Notes: generated by a model not told the origin, from the letters alone. Positions 27,107 through 36,510 are shown, counted from the stretch's first letter. The stretch is DNA of 64,000 nucleotides from an uncultured Candidatus Saccharibacteria bacterium (GCA_964361705.1 CAYIBP010000002.1:12435-76434), one strand, 5' to 3'. Made by a program: numbers and translations.

Positions 27107-27440
27107 TTTTTATACTGCCAAGAGATTTGCGAGTCATATAGGTAATTTCTGTTTCTCTAAAACCAAGAGCATGAGCAAACTCTAGGTCAACCTTTTTAGA
27201 TAAAGACAGATATTCAAGTTCAAGATCTGCGACTTCATTTGCTATCCTATGAATGCCAGACTCTGAAGTCTTCCTCTCTACGATATCAAAAATCATATTA
27301 CCCAAGAATAAAACATACAACAAAGACAAAATAGCAAGGGTGTAGAGCATGAAATAAAAAATATGTGTCTGCAGATTACCATTATCTATGATATTTACAT
27401 TATCCGTGTAGCTTTTTAATTTTAATGTTATTTGTTTCAT
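27087..27440 (-). CDS. FtsL-like small bitopic cell-division protein
   Basis: Single TM plus coiled-coil, positioned between rsmH and ftsI as in dcw clusters. Confidence 0.45.
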   Translation of the reverse strand: MKQITLKLKSYTDNVNIIDNGNLQTHIFYFMLYTLAILSLLYVLFLGNMIFDIVERKTSESGIHRIANEVADLELEYLSLSKKVDLEFAHALGFRETEITYMTRKSLGSIKIAQNEL

Positions 27441-27447
27441 TTTATTT

Positions 27448-28377
27448 TTAAATCAACTTTTCCAAAATCCTCAATTTCGCGCTTCGTGATCTCCTGTTTT
27501 CGTTTAATTCTTCTTCCTTCGGTATAATTGGTTTTTTATTTATTAATCTTACTTCTCCTTCTTTTTCTTTTTCTCTAAAAAACTTCTTTACTATTCTGTC
27601 TTCTAAACTATGAAATGAAATCACTGACATCCTGCCTCCTTTTTTCAAAATATTGAAACCTTTGCGTATACCCGCTTCGAGGGCGCCTAATTCGTCATTG
27701 ACTGTTATCCGAAGAGCTTGAAAAGTTTTCGTAGCTGGATTGATCTTCCCTCTTTTATATGAACTCGGTACACTGCTCTCTATAATCTTCGCTAAATCCA
27801 TCGTGGTTTGTATTTTTTTCTTTTTTCTTGCTTCCACTATGGCGCTCGCTATCTTTCTTGAAAACCTTTCTTCACCGTAACCGTAAATGATGTCTGCTAG
27901 ACTTTTTTCTCCCCAATCATTCACGATCTCAAGCGCAGTCAAGTCTTCTGGGCGAGGATTTTCTTTCATGGTCATTAAAAGCGGTTCGTCTTTCATAAAA
28001 GAAAACCCTCTACCGGAATTCTCTAATTGATCTCTACTCAAACCTAAATCAAATATGATACCGTCCACCTTGTCTTCTCCTTCTTTTTTCACAGCTTCGT
28101 CTATGTCTCTAAAATTTATATTGACGAAAGTGATTCTTTTTTTCGTGTTTTTGAATTTGTCTTTAGCCTTATTGAAAGCTCCTTTATCTTGGTCAAGTGC
28201 GATTATTCTCACTTCAGGATATTTTTCCAGAATATTTTTTGAATGCCCTCCTCCTCCAAATGTCGCGTCCACAATCACACCACCTTTCTTGTTGTTTCGA
28301 TCTAGATTCAAACCCTCTATTGTTTCATTTAAAAGAACTGTCGTGTGCACACTCCCATTTTTCGCTTCTTCTTTCAT
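27448..28377 (-). CDS. rsmH: 16S rRNA (cytosine1402-N4)-methyltransferase
   Basis: IVDATFGGGGHS SAM motif and MraW family features. Confidence 0.9.
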   Translation of the reverse strand: MKEEAKNGSVHTTVLLNETIEGLNLDRNNKKGGVIVDATFGGGGHSKNILEKYPEVRIIALDQDKGAFNKAKDKFKNTKKRITFVNINFRDIDEAVKKEGEDKVDGIIFDLGLSRDQLENSGRGFSFMKDEPLLMTMKENPRPEDLTALEIVNDWGEKSLADIIYGYGEERFSRKIASAIVEARKKKKIQTTMDLAKIIESSVPSSYKRGKINPATKTFQALRITVNDELGALEAGIRKGFNILKKGGRMSVISFHSLEDRIVKKFFREKEKEGEVRLINKKPIIPKEEELNENRRSRSAKLRILEKLI

Positions 28378-28378
28378 G

Positions 28379-28822
28379 TTAATTTCCTTTTTCTGCCAAT
28401 TTTTCTGCTAATTGATTCGCTTCTTTCTCAACCATTTCTTTATTTTGTTGCCATACTGTATCGTTCCATATTTCAACTCTATCTTTCACTCCAATTATCG
28501 CCGCATTGTTTTTCAAACCAATCCTTTCTCGTAAAAAGTCCGGAACCAGTATTCTGCCGATGCTATCTATCTCTATCTCTGCCGCGCGACCAAACATATA
28601 TCTGTTGAAACTACGCTGGTCTGCTTTCAAAAAAGATAAATCATTTTCAGAATCAGAAAGTTTTTTTGAAACTTTTTCCCACTCTTTTGTTGTGAAAACG
28701 AACAAACATTTGTCGAGTCCAGGTGTGATGACTATCTTCTTGCCCAGCTCTTTGCGGAACTTTACAGGCAATGAAACCCTATTTTTCTCATCTACTGTGT
28801 GTATGTATTCTCCGATAAGCAT
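28379..28822 (-). CDS. mraZ: Transcriptional regulator MraZ
   Basis: Two DxxxR-containing SpoVT/AbrB-like repeats: EKNRVSLP and SIGRILVP. Confidence 0.9.
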   Translation of the reverse strand: MLIGEYIHTVDEKNRVSLPVKFRKELGKKIVITPGLDKCLFVFTTKEWEKVSKKLSDSENDLSFLKADQRSFNRYMFGRAAEIEIDSIGRILVPDFLRERIGLKNNAAIIGVKDRVEIWNDTVWQQNKEMVEKEANQLAEKLAEKGN

Positions 28823-28842
28823 AAATGTTCATTTCTTAATTT

Positions 28843-28888
28843 CCCACCTTTTCCCACTTGATATATATTTTATCCCACCCTGCCCCAC
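28843..28888 (-). promoter_or_regulatory. Four direct GTGGG repeats (sense of mraZ) with about 10-bp periodicity, flanking a TATATAT element. Putative MraZ operator and mraZ promoter.
   Basis: CCCAC on the + strand at 28843, 28853, 28874 and 28884. MraZ is known to bind GTGG-type direct repeats upstream of its own gene. Confidence 0.5.
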
Positions 28889-29395
28889 CACGCAAGCCAA
28901 AACAGCCCACAAATGTGGATAACTATAGATCTATTTCAGACAAAACAAAACCCTAGTCCGTTTTACAACTTCTTGGGGTTTGGTGAGGGTCTGATGGAGG
29001 CTAGAGCAGATTGCCCGTACAGCAACCGCAACTCTCTCCTTTCGATGCGTCGCAATTGCACCAGCAAATCATCTTCGCAAATGATGATTGCCCCAGCTTT
29101 TCTCGCAGGAAATGAGAAAGGCGACACAGAATGCAATACTTTTTGCTAAATTTCTTCAGCAAGATTAGTGCCCACATAGATTTCTCCTTTGCCCTATACG
29201 GGCGGTTTAAGTGAGTGAAAGAACAAAACCAGCTTCTGATGATTTAGAGAGCTGGTTTTTATTTTGTAAATTTAATAAGTTTTTATTTTTACAACGCAAA
29301 GATCAGCCCTCTAAAAGGATTCTGAGAATGAGAATAGCAATGAGATTTGAAGTTGAAATTGATGTATGTTGCATTTTTGTATTTAAAAATCAAAA

Positions 29396-29420
29396 ACCCC
29401 TCTTTTGGAGGGGTTTTTTT
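29396..29420. terminator. Bidirectional intrinsic terminator-like hairpin (acccctc-ttttg-gaggggt) with an A-run before and a T-run after
   Basis: Read directly from the sequence. Sits about 180 nt downstream of the small ORF ending at 29595. Confidence 0.5.
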
Positions 29421-29594
29421 AATTTCAATTTAAATTAGTATGAAATCAAAAAACCTCTCCTTTGTGTATGACGAGAGTAATAATTCCGAGGTTTTTTGTT
29501 GTAATAATTTTTCGACTCATTCGATGTTATTATCAATAATAACTTTATTAAAAAATAAAGCAAGCGGGGTTGAGAACATATATTATTACTGTGA

Positions 29595-29792
29595 CTATAA
29601 CAAGTGAGCTTTCTCTCTTAACCTACGAATGTATTCTTTTACATCATCTGGAACGAAAAAACCTTCCTCAGCCTTTGTTTTGGGAACATTATGACCTGTC
29701 TTTTCTGCAAGTTTTAGCGCAAAACTAGCGGCCTCTACGCGAGAATTCGCTCCTGTAAATGTATATGTTTTTTTATCTGTTACCTGTTCCAT
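29595..29792 (-). CDS. Hypothetical small protein co-oriented downstream of lysS
   Basis: 65-aa ORF, 45 nt after lysS. Confidence 0.3.
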   Translation of the reverse strand: MEQVTDKKTYTFTGANSRVEAASFALKLAEKTGHNVPKTKAEEGFFVPDDVKEYIRRLREKAHLL

Positions 29793-29836
29793 AGAGTTTA
29801 TTCTATACCCTTCGGCCCGCCTGCAAAAGCTATGCT

Positions 29837-31300
29837 TTACGCATTGCGGGCAGGTCTCATTAATGGGAACATCTGCGTCTCGCGGATGGGTTTGTCAGCT
29901 AGGAATGCAAAGAGCATTTCGCCAAAGCCGAAACCACAAGTGGGTGGCATAGCGTATTCGAGCATTTCTACGAATTCACTGTCCGGCATCATGGCTTCTT
30001 TGTCGCCCGCCTTGATCAGTTCTTGTTGCGCTTCAAAACGCTCTGCTTGATCTATCGGGTCGTTAAGCTCTGAAAAACCGTTGCCGACTTCAGCGCCAGC
30101 GATGATGATCTGAAATCTTTCTGTAAGTTCTGTATTCTTCGGCATTGATTTTGATAAAGGTGAGACAAGCTTTGGGTGACCGGTCAAAAACACAGGTCCA
30201 GAGATTTGCTTTCGGCAATATTTCCACAAAGTGTCCACCAAGCGCTCCATAGTGTCCCCCACATAATCAACTTTTAATTTCTCGAGAGTTTTTTTAACTT
30301 CCTCGTATGTAGTATCTAGCACATCGATGCCTGTCATTTTTTTGACAGTGTCCCTGTAATCAATGCGTTCCCATTTGCCACCAAGATCAAACTTGTGTCC
30401 ACGAGTTTCAAAATCTGTTTTACTAAAAACATCTTGCGCTATTTTTTTGTAAAGTTCTTCGGTCAGCTTCATACCGTCTTCATAGTTTGCATAAGCCCAG
30501 TAAAATTCCATATTTGTAAATTCTTGTAAATGATTTTGATCCGAGCCTTCATTTCTATAAACTCTGCCTATTTCAAAAGTTTTATCGAAACCGGCCGACA
30601 TAAGCCTTTTCTGCCAAAGCTCTCCCACCGATATTCGCAAATACAGAGGCAATTTGAAATCTTCATTGTATGTTTTGAAAGGCGTTGCTTCCGCGCCACC
30701 CGTTGTGATCTCGAGCGTCGGAGTTTCTACTTCGAGGAAACCGCGCTCCTTCATAAAATTGCGAGTGGTTTCCCAGAATTTTGTTTTCTTCACCAAAAGT
30801 TCTTTTGCTTCCGGATTCATCAAAATATCCAAATATCTTTTTCTGAATCTTTCTTCTATGTCCTGCAACCCATGCCATTTTTCAGGCAAAGGAAGTAAAC
30901 TCTTTGAGAGCATCGTCCAATCTTTCGCCTCCAAAGTTTTTTCACCTCTTTTTGTCGTGAAAAATATTCCGTGCAATTCTATAAAATCACCTATATCTGC
31001 AACTTGATTGAAGAAATCCAGTTTATCATCGCCCAAGACATCTTTTTTTAAAAGTCCTTGAAAACTCGCCGTGCCATCATAAAGTGTGACGAAGACTATC
31101 GCGCCCTGTCCCCGCACAGACATGACTCTACCGGCAATCCATTTAGGTTCACCATTTTTTTCCAAACTTTCAAAATCTTGAATTGCTTGATAAAGAGAAA
31201 GTTCACGCTTTGAATCCGCAGGATATGGATTGATCCCTTTTTCTTTTAAGATTTTTAACTTGCCTAAACGCGCATCGCGTATTTCATCTATGGATGACAT
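29837..31300 (-). CDS. lysS: Lysine--tRNA ligase (class II)
   Basis: N-terminal OB anticodon-binding domain. Class II motifs FLEVETP and FEIGRVYRNEG. Confidence 0.9.
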   Translation of the reverse strand: MSSIDEIRDARLGKLKILKEKGINPYPADSKRELSLYQAIQDFESLEKNGEPKWIAGRVMSVRGQGAIVFVTLYDGTASFQGLLKKDVLGDDKLDFFNQVADIGDFIELHGIFFTTKRGEKTLEAKDWTMLSKSLLPLPEKWHGLQDIEERFRKRYLDILMNPEAKELLVKKTKFWETTRNFMKERGFLEVETPTLEITTGGAEATPFKTYNEDFKLPLYLRISVGELWQKRLMSAGFDKTFEIGRVYRNEGSDQNHLQEFTNMEFYWAYANYEDGMKLTEELYKKIAQDVFSKTDFETRGHKFDLGGKWERIDYRDTVKKMTGIDVLDTTYEEVKKTLEKLKVDYVGDTMERLVDTLWKYCRKQISGPVFLTGHPKLVSPLSKSMPKNTELTERFQIIIAGAEVGNGFSELNDPIDQAERFEAQQELIKAGDKEAMMPDSEFVEMLEYAMPPTCGFGFGEMLFAFLADKPIRETQMFPLMRPARNA

Positions 31301-31338
31301 ATAGAGATGATTCTATCATTTTTTTCTATCAAACAAAA

Positions 31339-31812
31339 CTAGAACACTTTCACGATCTCGTATTTTACTGTGCCGTTTGGCGTAGAAACTGATACAGTGT
31401 CGCCTTTTTTCTTGCCAAAGAGAGCTTGTCCAAAAGGAGACCTATTAGATATCTTGCCTTGCGACATATCCGCTTCTTCAGAACCCACCACCTGATAAGT
31501 CTTTTCTTCTTTTTCTCCACCTTTTAATACTGTGACTTTTGAACCTATCTCTATGGTATCTCCACCACCACCAGATACGACTTGGGAAGATTGCAAGATT
31601 TGTTCAACTTTAGCTATACGCTCTTCAAGCTTGCCTTGATCTTCGCGTACTTGATGATATTCTGCATTTTCCGACAAATCACCTAAAGATTTCGCATACG
31701 CCAAAGCCTCAAGAATTTCTTTTCTCTTTTGTCCCTTAAGTTCAATGAGTTCAAGCTCAAGCGCTTTCCTTTTTTCTTCTGTTATATAATTCCCACTCTT
31801 TTTCATATTCAT
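31339..31812 (-). CDS. greA: Transcription elongation factor GreA
   Basis: Coiled-coil N-terminus (LSENAEYH) and an FKBP-like C-terminus. Confidence 0.9.
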   Translation of the reverse strand: MNMKKSGNYITEEKRKALELELIELKGQKRKEILEALAYAKSLGDLSENAEYHQVREDQGKLEERIAKVEQILQSSQVVSGGGGDTIEIGSKVTVLKGGEKEEKTYQVVGSEEADMSQGKISNRSPFGQALFGKKKGDTVSVSTPNGTVKYEIVKVF

Positions 31813-31909
31813 GAGTCTAATATTGTAGCTCCTATTTGTAAAAAAGTAAAGTAGAAAACTCCACTTATCTGACTTGCCATAAATATTTTATATGATATTG
31901 TATATATCA

Positions 31910-32137
31910 ATGGCAAAAACAATAATAGAGGTTAATAAAAACCCCAACGAAAACAACGCAAGCGTACTGCGCCGTTTTTCTCGCAAAGTACAAGAATCCT
32001 ATGTAATCCAAAAAGTGAAAGGATCTCGTTATAACAAGAGAAAAGACTCTAAACTCAAAGTAAAATACGCTACTTTAAAGCGTCTAGCTCGAAGAAAAGA
32101 GACTGAGAAACTACGCAAATTAGGCAAGATAAAGTAG
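31910..32137 (+). CDS. rpsU: 30S ribosomal protein S21
   Basis: MAKTIIEVNKN...LRRFSRKVQESYVIQKVK, with a basic C-terminus. Start moved to the internal Met. Confidence 0.8.
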   Translation: MAKTIIEVNKNPNENNASVLRRFSRKVQESYVIQKVKGSRYNKRKDSKLKVKYATLKRLARRKETEKLRKLGKIK

Positions 32138-32166
32138 TCCTTGCTATCTTTGAATCCATTTTAAAT

Positions 32167-32628
32167 ATGGAAGACATCCTATCTATAATAAACAAAACAA
32201 AGACAAAGAGCCGTTTGTTGCCTTTTTCTCTTTTATCAAAAATCAAAGACAATATTCTAACCAAAAAGTATTCACTTTCAATCGCTTATATAAACGAGAG
32301 TGAAATGCAAAAAATAAATAAAATTCACAGAAACAAAAACAAACCCACAAATGTTTTGTCTTTTTCTTTAACCAAAAATTCAGGTGAGTTACTTCTTTGT
32401 CTGGATACTATAAAGAAAGAAACAGAGAAATTTGAGAGAAATTTTACGGAACTTCTTGGATTTTTAGTTATCCACGGTATGCTTCATTTGAAAGGATACA
32501 AACATAGTAGTAGAATGGAAGTATTAGAATGCAAATATGATCAGAAATATTTCCGTGGGAATAGACATCGGGTCCGCTATGACGCGAGTCGTAGTCGGAG
32601 AATTTTTAAAGGGAGAAAAAACTCCTAA
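32167..32628 (+). CDS. ybeY: rRNA maturation endoribonuclease YbeY
   Basis: HGMLHLKGYKH zinc-binding H..H.....H motif. The 3' end overlaps ftsA by 92 nt. Confidence 0.7.
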   Translation: MEDILSIINKTKTKSRLLPFSLLSKIKDNILTKKYSLSIAYINESEMQKINKIHRNKNKPTNVLSFSLTKNSGELLLCLDTIKKETEKFERNFTELLGFLVIHGMLHLKGYKHSSRMEVLECKYDQKYFRGNRHRVRYDASRSRRIFKGRKNS

Positions 32629-33700
32629 GATTATCGGCGTGGGTGAAAGTGAAACAAAAGGCATGCGACATGGATATGTGACGGACATCGCTTCTTGCGT
32701 TCAATCTCTAAAAGACGCAGTTGCTCTAGCGGAAAAAAGTTCAAACATCCGCATAAGGCGAGCATTCATAGGTATAGGTGGAGTTACTCTACGCGGAGAT
32801 ATGTCCACCGGTATCGGTATCATTACCAAAGCTGATGGAGAAGTCACAAATCTAGACATAACTAAAGCGCTTGAAGATTCCGAAAACAACCTTAACCTCA
32901 ACAATAAAAAAGTTATAAAAGTATTTCCCTTAGCCTTTAAATTAGACGGTAAAGAAATCCTAGGCAGACCCGAAGGTATGCGAGGCACCAAGCTTGAAGT
33001 CAAAAGTCTTTTTGTCACATGTTCGCTTTCACACTTTGAAGACTTAATAGAAGTCGTCAGCAAAGCGGGAATTGAACCTATTGATATAGTAGCAACGCCC
33101 ATCGCAGGAAGTCTGATGGCTATGTCTTCAAAACAAAAAGTAGTCGGTGGAGCATTGGTGGATATAGGTTCAGAAACAGTCTCTCTGGCAGTATTTGAAA
33201 ATAGTATTTTGGTATACCTACATACTTTCCCTATAGGAGGCAATGACATCACGAACGATATCGCCCTAGGTATGAAAATCTCTCTTGAAGAAGCTGATCA
33301 ATTCAAACTAGGAAATATAAAAGAAGGATATGCCAAGAAAAAACTCGATGAGATTATAGAGGCGCGACTCTTTGATGTTTTTGAGTTAATAGAAAATCAT
33401 TTGAAAAAAATAAAAAGAAATGAACTCCTCCCAGCAGGCGTAATTTTTATAGGAGGATCTGCAAACATTCCTTTAATTTTGGAATATTCAAAATCCGCTC
33501 TCAAACTTCCTTCATCAGTCGGTTCAACAAATATGTTCGGCAACATAAAAACAAAACTTCGAGATCCTGCGTGGTTCACAGCACTCGGACTGATCACTCC
33601 TTCCGAAGAAGAAGGTAGTTATCATCAAGATTCTTTACATAATATTTTTCAAAACTTAAAAAGTATTCTTAAATCAAATATCAAGCAACTGATGCCCTAA
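32537..33700 (+). CDS. ftsA: Cell division protein FtsA
   Basis: Actin-like ATPase: VGIDIGSAMTRVVVGE and GIGGVTLRGD. Confidence 0.85.
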   Translation: MIRNISVGIDIGSAMTRVVVGEFLKGEKTPKIIGVGESETKGMRHGYVTDIASCVQSLKDAVALAEKSSNIRIRRAFIGIGGVTLRGDMSTGIGIITKADGEVTNLDITKALEDSENNLNLNNKKVIKVFPLAFKLDGKEILGRPEGMRGTKLEVKSLFVTCSLSHFEDLIEVVSKAGIEPIDIVATPIAGSLMAMSSKQKVVGGALVDIGSETVSLAVFENSILVYLHTFPIGGNDITNDIALGMKISLEEADQFKLGNIKEGYAKKKLDEIIEARLFDVFELIENHLKKIKRNELLPAGVIFIGGSANIPLILEYSKSALKLPSSVGSTNMFGNIKTKLRDPAWFTALGLITPSEEEGSYHQDSLHNIFQNLKSILKSNIKQLMP

Positions 33701-33822
33701 ATTACTGAAATTTATTCCAAAATCATGTTTTACCAATCATGCTTTGCTTTTTTTTGTTTTCTGTTATTATAGACGTTGTAATAGATAAATAATCTTTTTA
33801 TAATTAAAATAGTCAATAAAAT

Positions 33823-35040
33823 ATGCCTAAAATAAACCCTGAGATAGAAAGTTTCGCCAGAATCATGGTCATCGGAATAGGAGGATCCGGTAAGAACGCA
33901 GTGAACCACATGATAAATTCCAAAGTCAAAGGCGTCTCGTTTATATGCATGAACACAGACACTCAAGACTTGCATCACTCCTTAGCTGAGAAAAAAATAC
34001 ACATAGGCAAAAACCTTACCAAGGGTCTCGGCGCCGGCATGAATCCAGAAGTAGGAAAAAAGGCCGCAGAGGAAACCAAAGTTGAAATTCAAGATGTGAT
34101 CAAGGGCGCAGACATGATATTCGTAGCCTGTGGCATGGGTGGAGGCACTGGTACTGGCGCGGCTCCTATCATTGCTCGCGTAGCCAAAGAACAAGGCATA
34201 CTCACAGTGGCTGTAGTCACCAAACCATTCTTCTTTGAAGGAAATCACAGAATGAAAATCGCAGAAAAAGGCATAGAAGAACTTGCCAAAGAAGTAGATG
34301 CGATTATCATAATTCCAAATGACAAATTGATTCAGCTCGCTGACAAGAACACAAATTTCCGAGACGCCTTTGCAAGCTGTGACAATGTCTTACGTCAAGC
34401 AGTAGAAGGAATTTCTGATCTTATTACTATGCCCGGTATTATCAATGTGGACTTTGCAGACATCAGATCTGTGATGACAGACGCGGGTAGCGCTCTGATG
34501 GGTATAGGAATCGCTTCAGGGGAAAACAGGGCTTCAAATGCAGCATTACAGGCTATTAATTCCCCTCTTCTAGAGGTTTCTATAAATGGAGCAAAGGGCG
34601 TACTCTTTGCCATATCAGGCGGAGATGATCTTACTATTCATGAAATACAAGAAGCGGCAAAAATAATAACTGAATCCATAGATAAAGACGCAAGAGTGAT
34701 CTTTGGTACTATTAGAGATGAAAAACTTAAGAAAGGCGAACTAAAAGTCACAGTTATCGCCACAAACTTCACAAACAATGAAGTGCTTCCAAGAAAGAAT
34801 CTTTTCACTGGCACAAACGCTATGAATCAAGCGGTACTCAAAGAAGACAACGCAGTAAAAGCAGTAAAAGAAATTCACAGTACTATACAAACATCTCAAG
34901 GAGCAAGCAACAATATTGTAAATAATGACTTCCTAAAGAAGATAGATAAAAAAGAAACTGCTCCCGAAGAAGTCATCATTGATGACGACGGCGAAGATTG
35001 GAGCGCTGTGCCTGCTTTTCTAAGAAGAAAGAAGAATTAG
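33823..35040 (+). CDS. ftsZ: Cell division GTPase FtsZ
   Basis: Tubulin signature GGGTGTG and an N-terminal GIGGSG. Confidence 0.95.
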   Translation: MPKINPEIESFARIMVIGIGGSGKNAVNHMINSKVKGVSFICMNTDTQDLHHSLAEKKIHIGKNLTKGLGAGMNPEVGKKAAEETKVEIQDVIKGADMIFVACGMGGGTGTGAAPIIARVAKEQGILTVAVVTKPFFFEGNHRMKIAEKGIEELAKEVDAIIIIPNDKLIQLADKNTNFRDAFASCDNVLRQAVEGISDLITMPGIINVDFADIRSVMTDAGSALMGIGIASGENRASNAALQAINSPLLEVSINGAKGVLFAISGGDDLTIHEIQEAAKIITESIDKDARVIFGTIRDEKLKKGELKVTVIATNFTNNEVLPRKNLFTGTNAMNQAVLKEDNAVKAVKEIHSTIQTSQGASNNIVNNDFLKKIDKKETAPEEVIIDDDGEDWSAVPAFLRRKKN

Positions 35041-35066
35041 AAATCTCTTTTCACCCCACCCCCCAG

Positions 35067-35087
35067 CCCCTCCCCAAAAGGGAGGGG
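35067..35087 (+). terminator. GC-rich hairpin (cccctccc-caaaa-gggagggg) after ftsZ with a weak T tract
   Basis: Read directly from the sequence. Confidence 0.35.
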
Positions 35088-35116
35088 TGAACTAATTTTA
35101 TGATATAATAATACGC

Positions 35117-36043
35117 ATGATTTACGATTTGATAATTATCGGGGGTGGGCCTGCAGGCACGGCGGCGTCCGTGTATGCCGCTCGCAAGAGACTCAAAACA
35201 CTATTCATCACCAAGGAATGGGGTGGCCAATCTGTCGTATCAGAACAGATTTACAACTGGATAGGCACACCCACCATATCAGGGGCTGAGCTTGCATCTA
35301 GTTTCAAAAAACACGTCATGGCAAATGTCGGCGAATCTTTGCAAGTCAAAGAAGGAATAAAAGTAGAGATGATTTCTAAAGATTCTGATACTTTCAATAT
35401 AAGATTAGAAAATAAAGAAGAATTCAAAACCAAAACAGTACTGGTCTGTACAGGCAGTGATAGACGCAGACTCGAAGCCAAAAACGCCGATGCTCTAGAA
35501 CACAAAGGCCTCACCTACTGCGCATCTTGCGATGGACCTATTTTTGCAGATATGGATGTGGTGGTAGTCGGCGGAGGCAACGCTGGTTTTGAATCCGCAG
35601 CGCAACTCCTCGCCTACTGCAAATCCGTCACACTACTACACCGCAGTGAAAATTTCCGCGCAGATGAAGTGACCGTAGAGAAAGTTTTAGCAAATCCAAA
35701 AATGAAAGCTTTTAAAAATGTGGAAATACTAGAAATCAAAGGTGAGAAATTTGTAGAAGGAATAATATATAAAGACAAAAATACAGGAGAAATCACAGAT
35801 CTACCCATCGCTGGAATATTCGTAGAAATAGGTCAAATCCCAAACACAAGCTTTATAAAAGACATTGTACCATTGGATGAGTATGGCAGAGTAAAAATAG
35901 ACCCACTAACACAAAAAACAGAAGCCGCAGGCATCTGGGCAGCGGGAGACTGCACCAATATTCTCTACCATCAAAACAACATAGCCGCTGGCGACGCCGT
36001 TCGCGCATTGGAAGACATTTACCTCTACATTCACGCAAGATGA
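35117..36043 (+). CDS. trxB: Thioredoxin-disulfide reductase
   Basis: FAD site IIGGGPAGTAA, redox CASCDG and NADPH site VVGGGNAG. Confidence 0.9.
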   Translation: MIYDLIIIGGGPAGTAASVYAARKRLKTLFITKEWGGQSVVSEQIYNWIGTPTISGAELASSFKKHVMANVGESLQVKEGIKVEMISKDSDTFNIRLENKEEFKTKTVLVCTGSDRRRLEAKNADALEHKGLTYCASCDGPIFADMDVVVVGGGNAGFESAAQLLAYCKSVTLLHRSENFRADEVTVEKVLANPKMKAFKNVEILEIKGEKFVEGIIYKDKNTGEITDLPIAGIFVEIGQIPNTSFIKDIVPLDEYGRVKIDPLTQKTEAAGIWAAGDCTNILYHQNNIAAGDAVRALEDIYLYIHAR

Positions 36044-36071
36044 GTTTTAAATAAATAGCCCAAAAAACAAC

Positions 36072-36106
36072 CAGCCGTAACATTTCCCCCGGAAATGTTA
36101 CGGCTG
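36072..36106. terminator. Perfect 16-bp stem / 3-nt loop hairpin. It is followed by a T-run on the minus strand (gttgtttttt), so it is terminator-like for minus-strand transcripts and only weakly so for trxB.
   Basis: cagccgtaacatttcc-ccc-ggaaatgttacggctg. Confidence 0.5.
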
Positions 36107-36358
36107 TAAATCAAAGCGATTGTGCACGGAAACGCTCCCTCTCCTTGCGCTTTTCCTTTCTTGTTTGCTTGTTTCCCGAAGCAAGACGCGGCTGAGCGAA
36201 AATCGGCGTCGGCCTTTTTTTCCTCCCCGTCAAAACAACTTTTGTTTTTTTTGGCGTTTGCCTTTTTTCTTTTTTTCCCCTCTTCTCCCTTCTTTTTTTG
36301 CCCAGCCACAGGCAAGAAAAATATAAGGCAAGAAATGGGGAGACAAGAATAAAAACCA
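36107..36358. repeat. 250-bp strand-skewed low-complexity tract: polypyrimidine on +, purine-rich on -. GC content is higher than the surrounding sequence.
   Basis: Overlapping K/R-rich ORFs in several frames on both strands, typical of compositional bias. One minus-strand frame (from ATG 36427) has a strong SD, AAAGGAGGGAAAAATG. Confidence 0.5.
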
Positions 36359-36396
36359 CTAGGAGGCATCGCTGCTATGACAGCGATGCCTCCTAG
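36359..36396 (-). terminator. Perfect 16-bp stem / 6-nt loop hairpin followed on the minus strand by TGGTTTTTATT. Intrinsic terminator for the 36511-36771 gene.
   Basis: ctaggaggcatcgctg-ctatga-cagcgatgcctcctag. Confidence 0.5.
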
Positions 36397-36510
36397 TATT
36401 AACATGAACAAAATTTCTTTTTTCATTTTTCCCTCCTTTGGGGAAAAGTGAACAACCAAAAAAAACGGATTTATTTCACATTAACACATATAGAATATAT
36501 ATCAAATTTC

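Noticed and set aside
28900-29400. RNase P RNA, tmRNA or SRP RNA in the ORF-poor region upstream of mraZ.
   Set aside because: None of the universally conserved blocks I can recall (GGAAAGTCCGG, tag-peptide ORF plus tRNA-like 3' end, GGAAG/SRP domain IV) are present.
36031-36459. Several overlapping ORFs on both strands in the 36.1-36.4 kb tract (36031-36459 -, 36111-36359 -, 36120-36326 +, 36122-36352 +).
   Set aside because: They are products of strand-skewed low-complexity composition: every frame reads K/R- or S/P/F-rich. They contain or abut perfect terminator hairpins. Only flagged as a finding, not called as a CDS.
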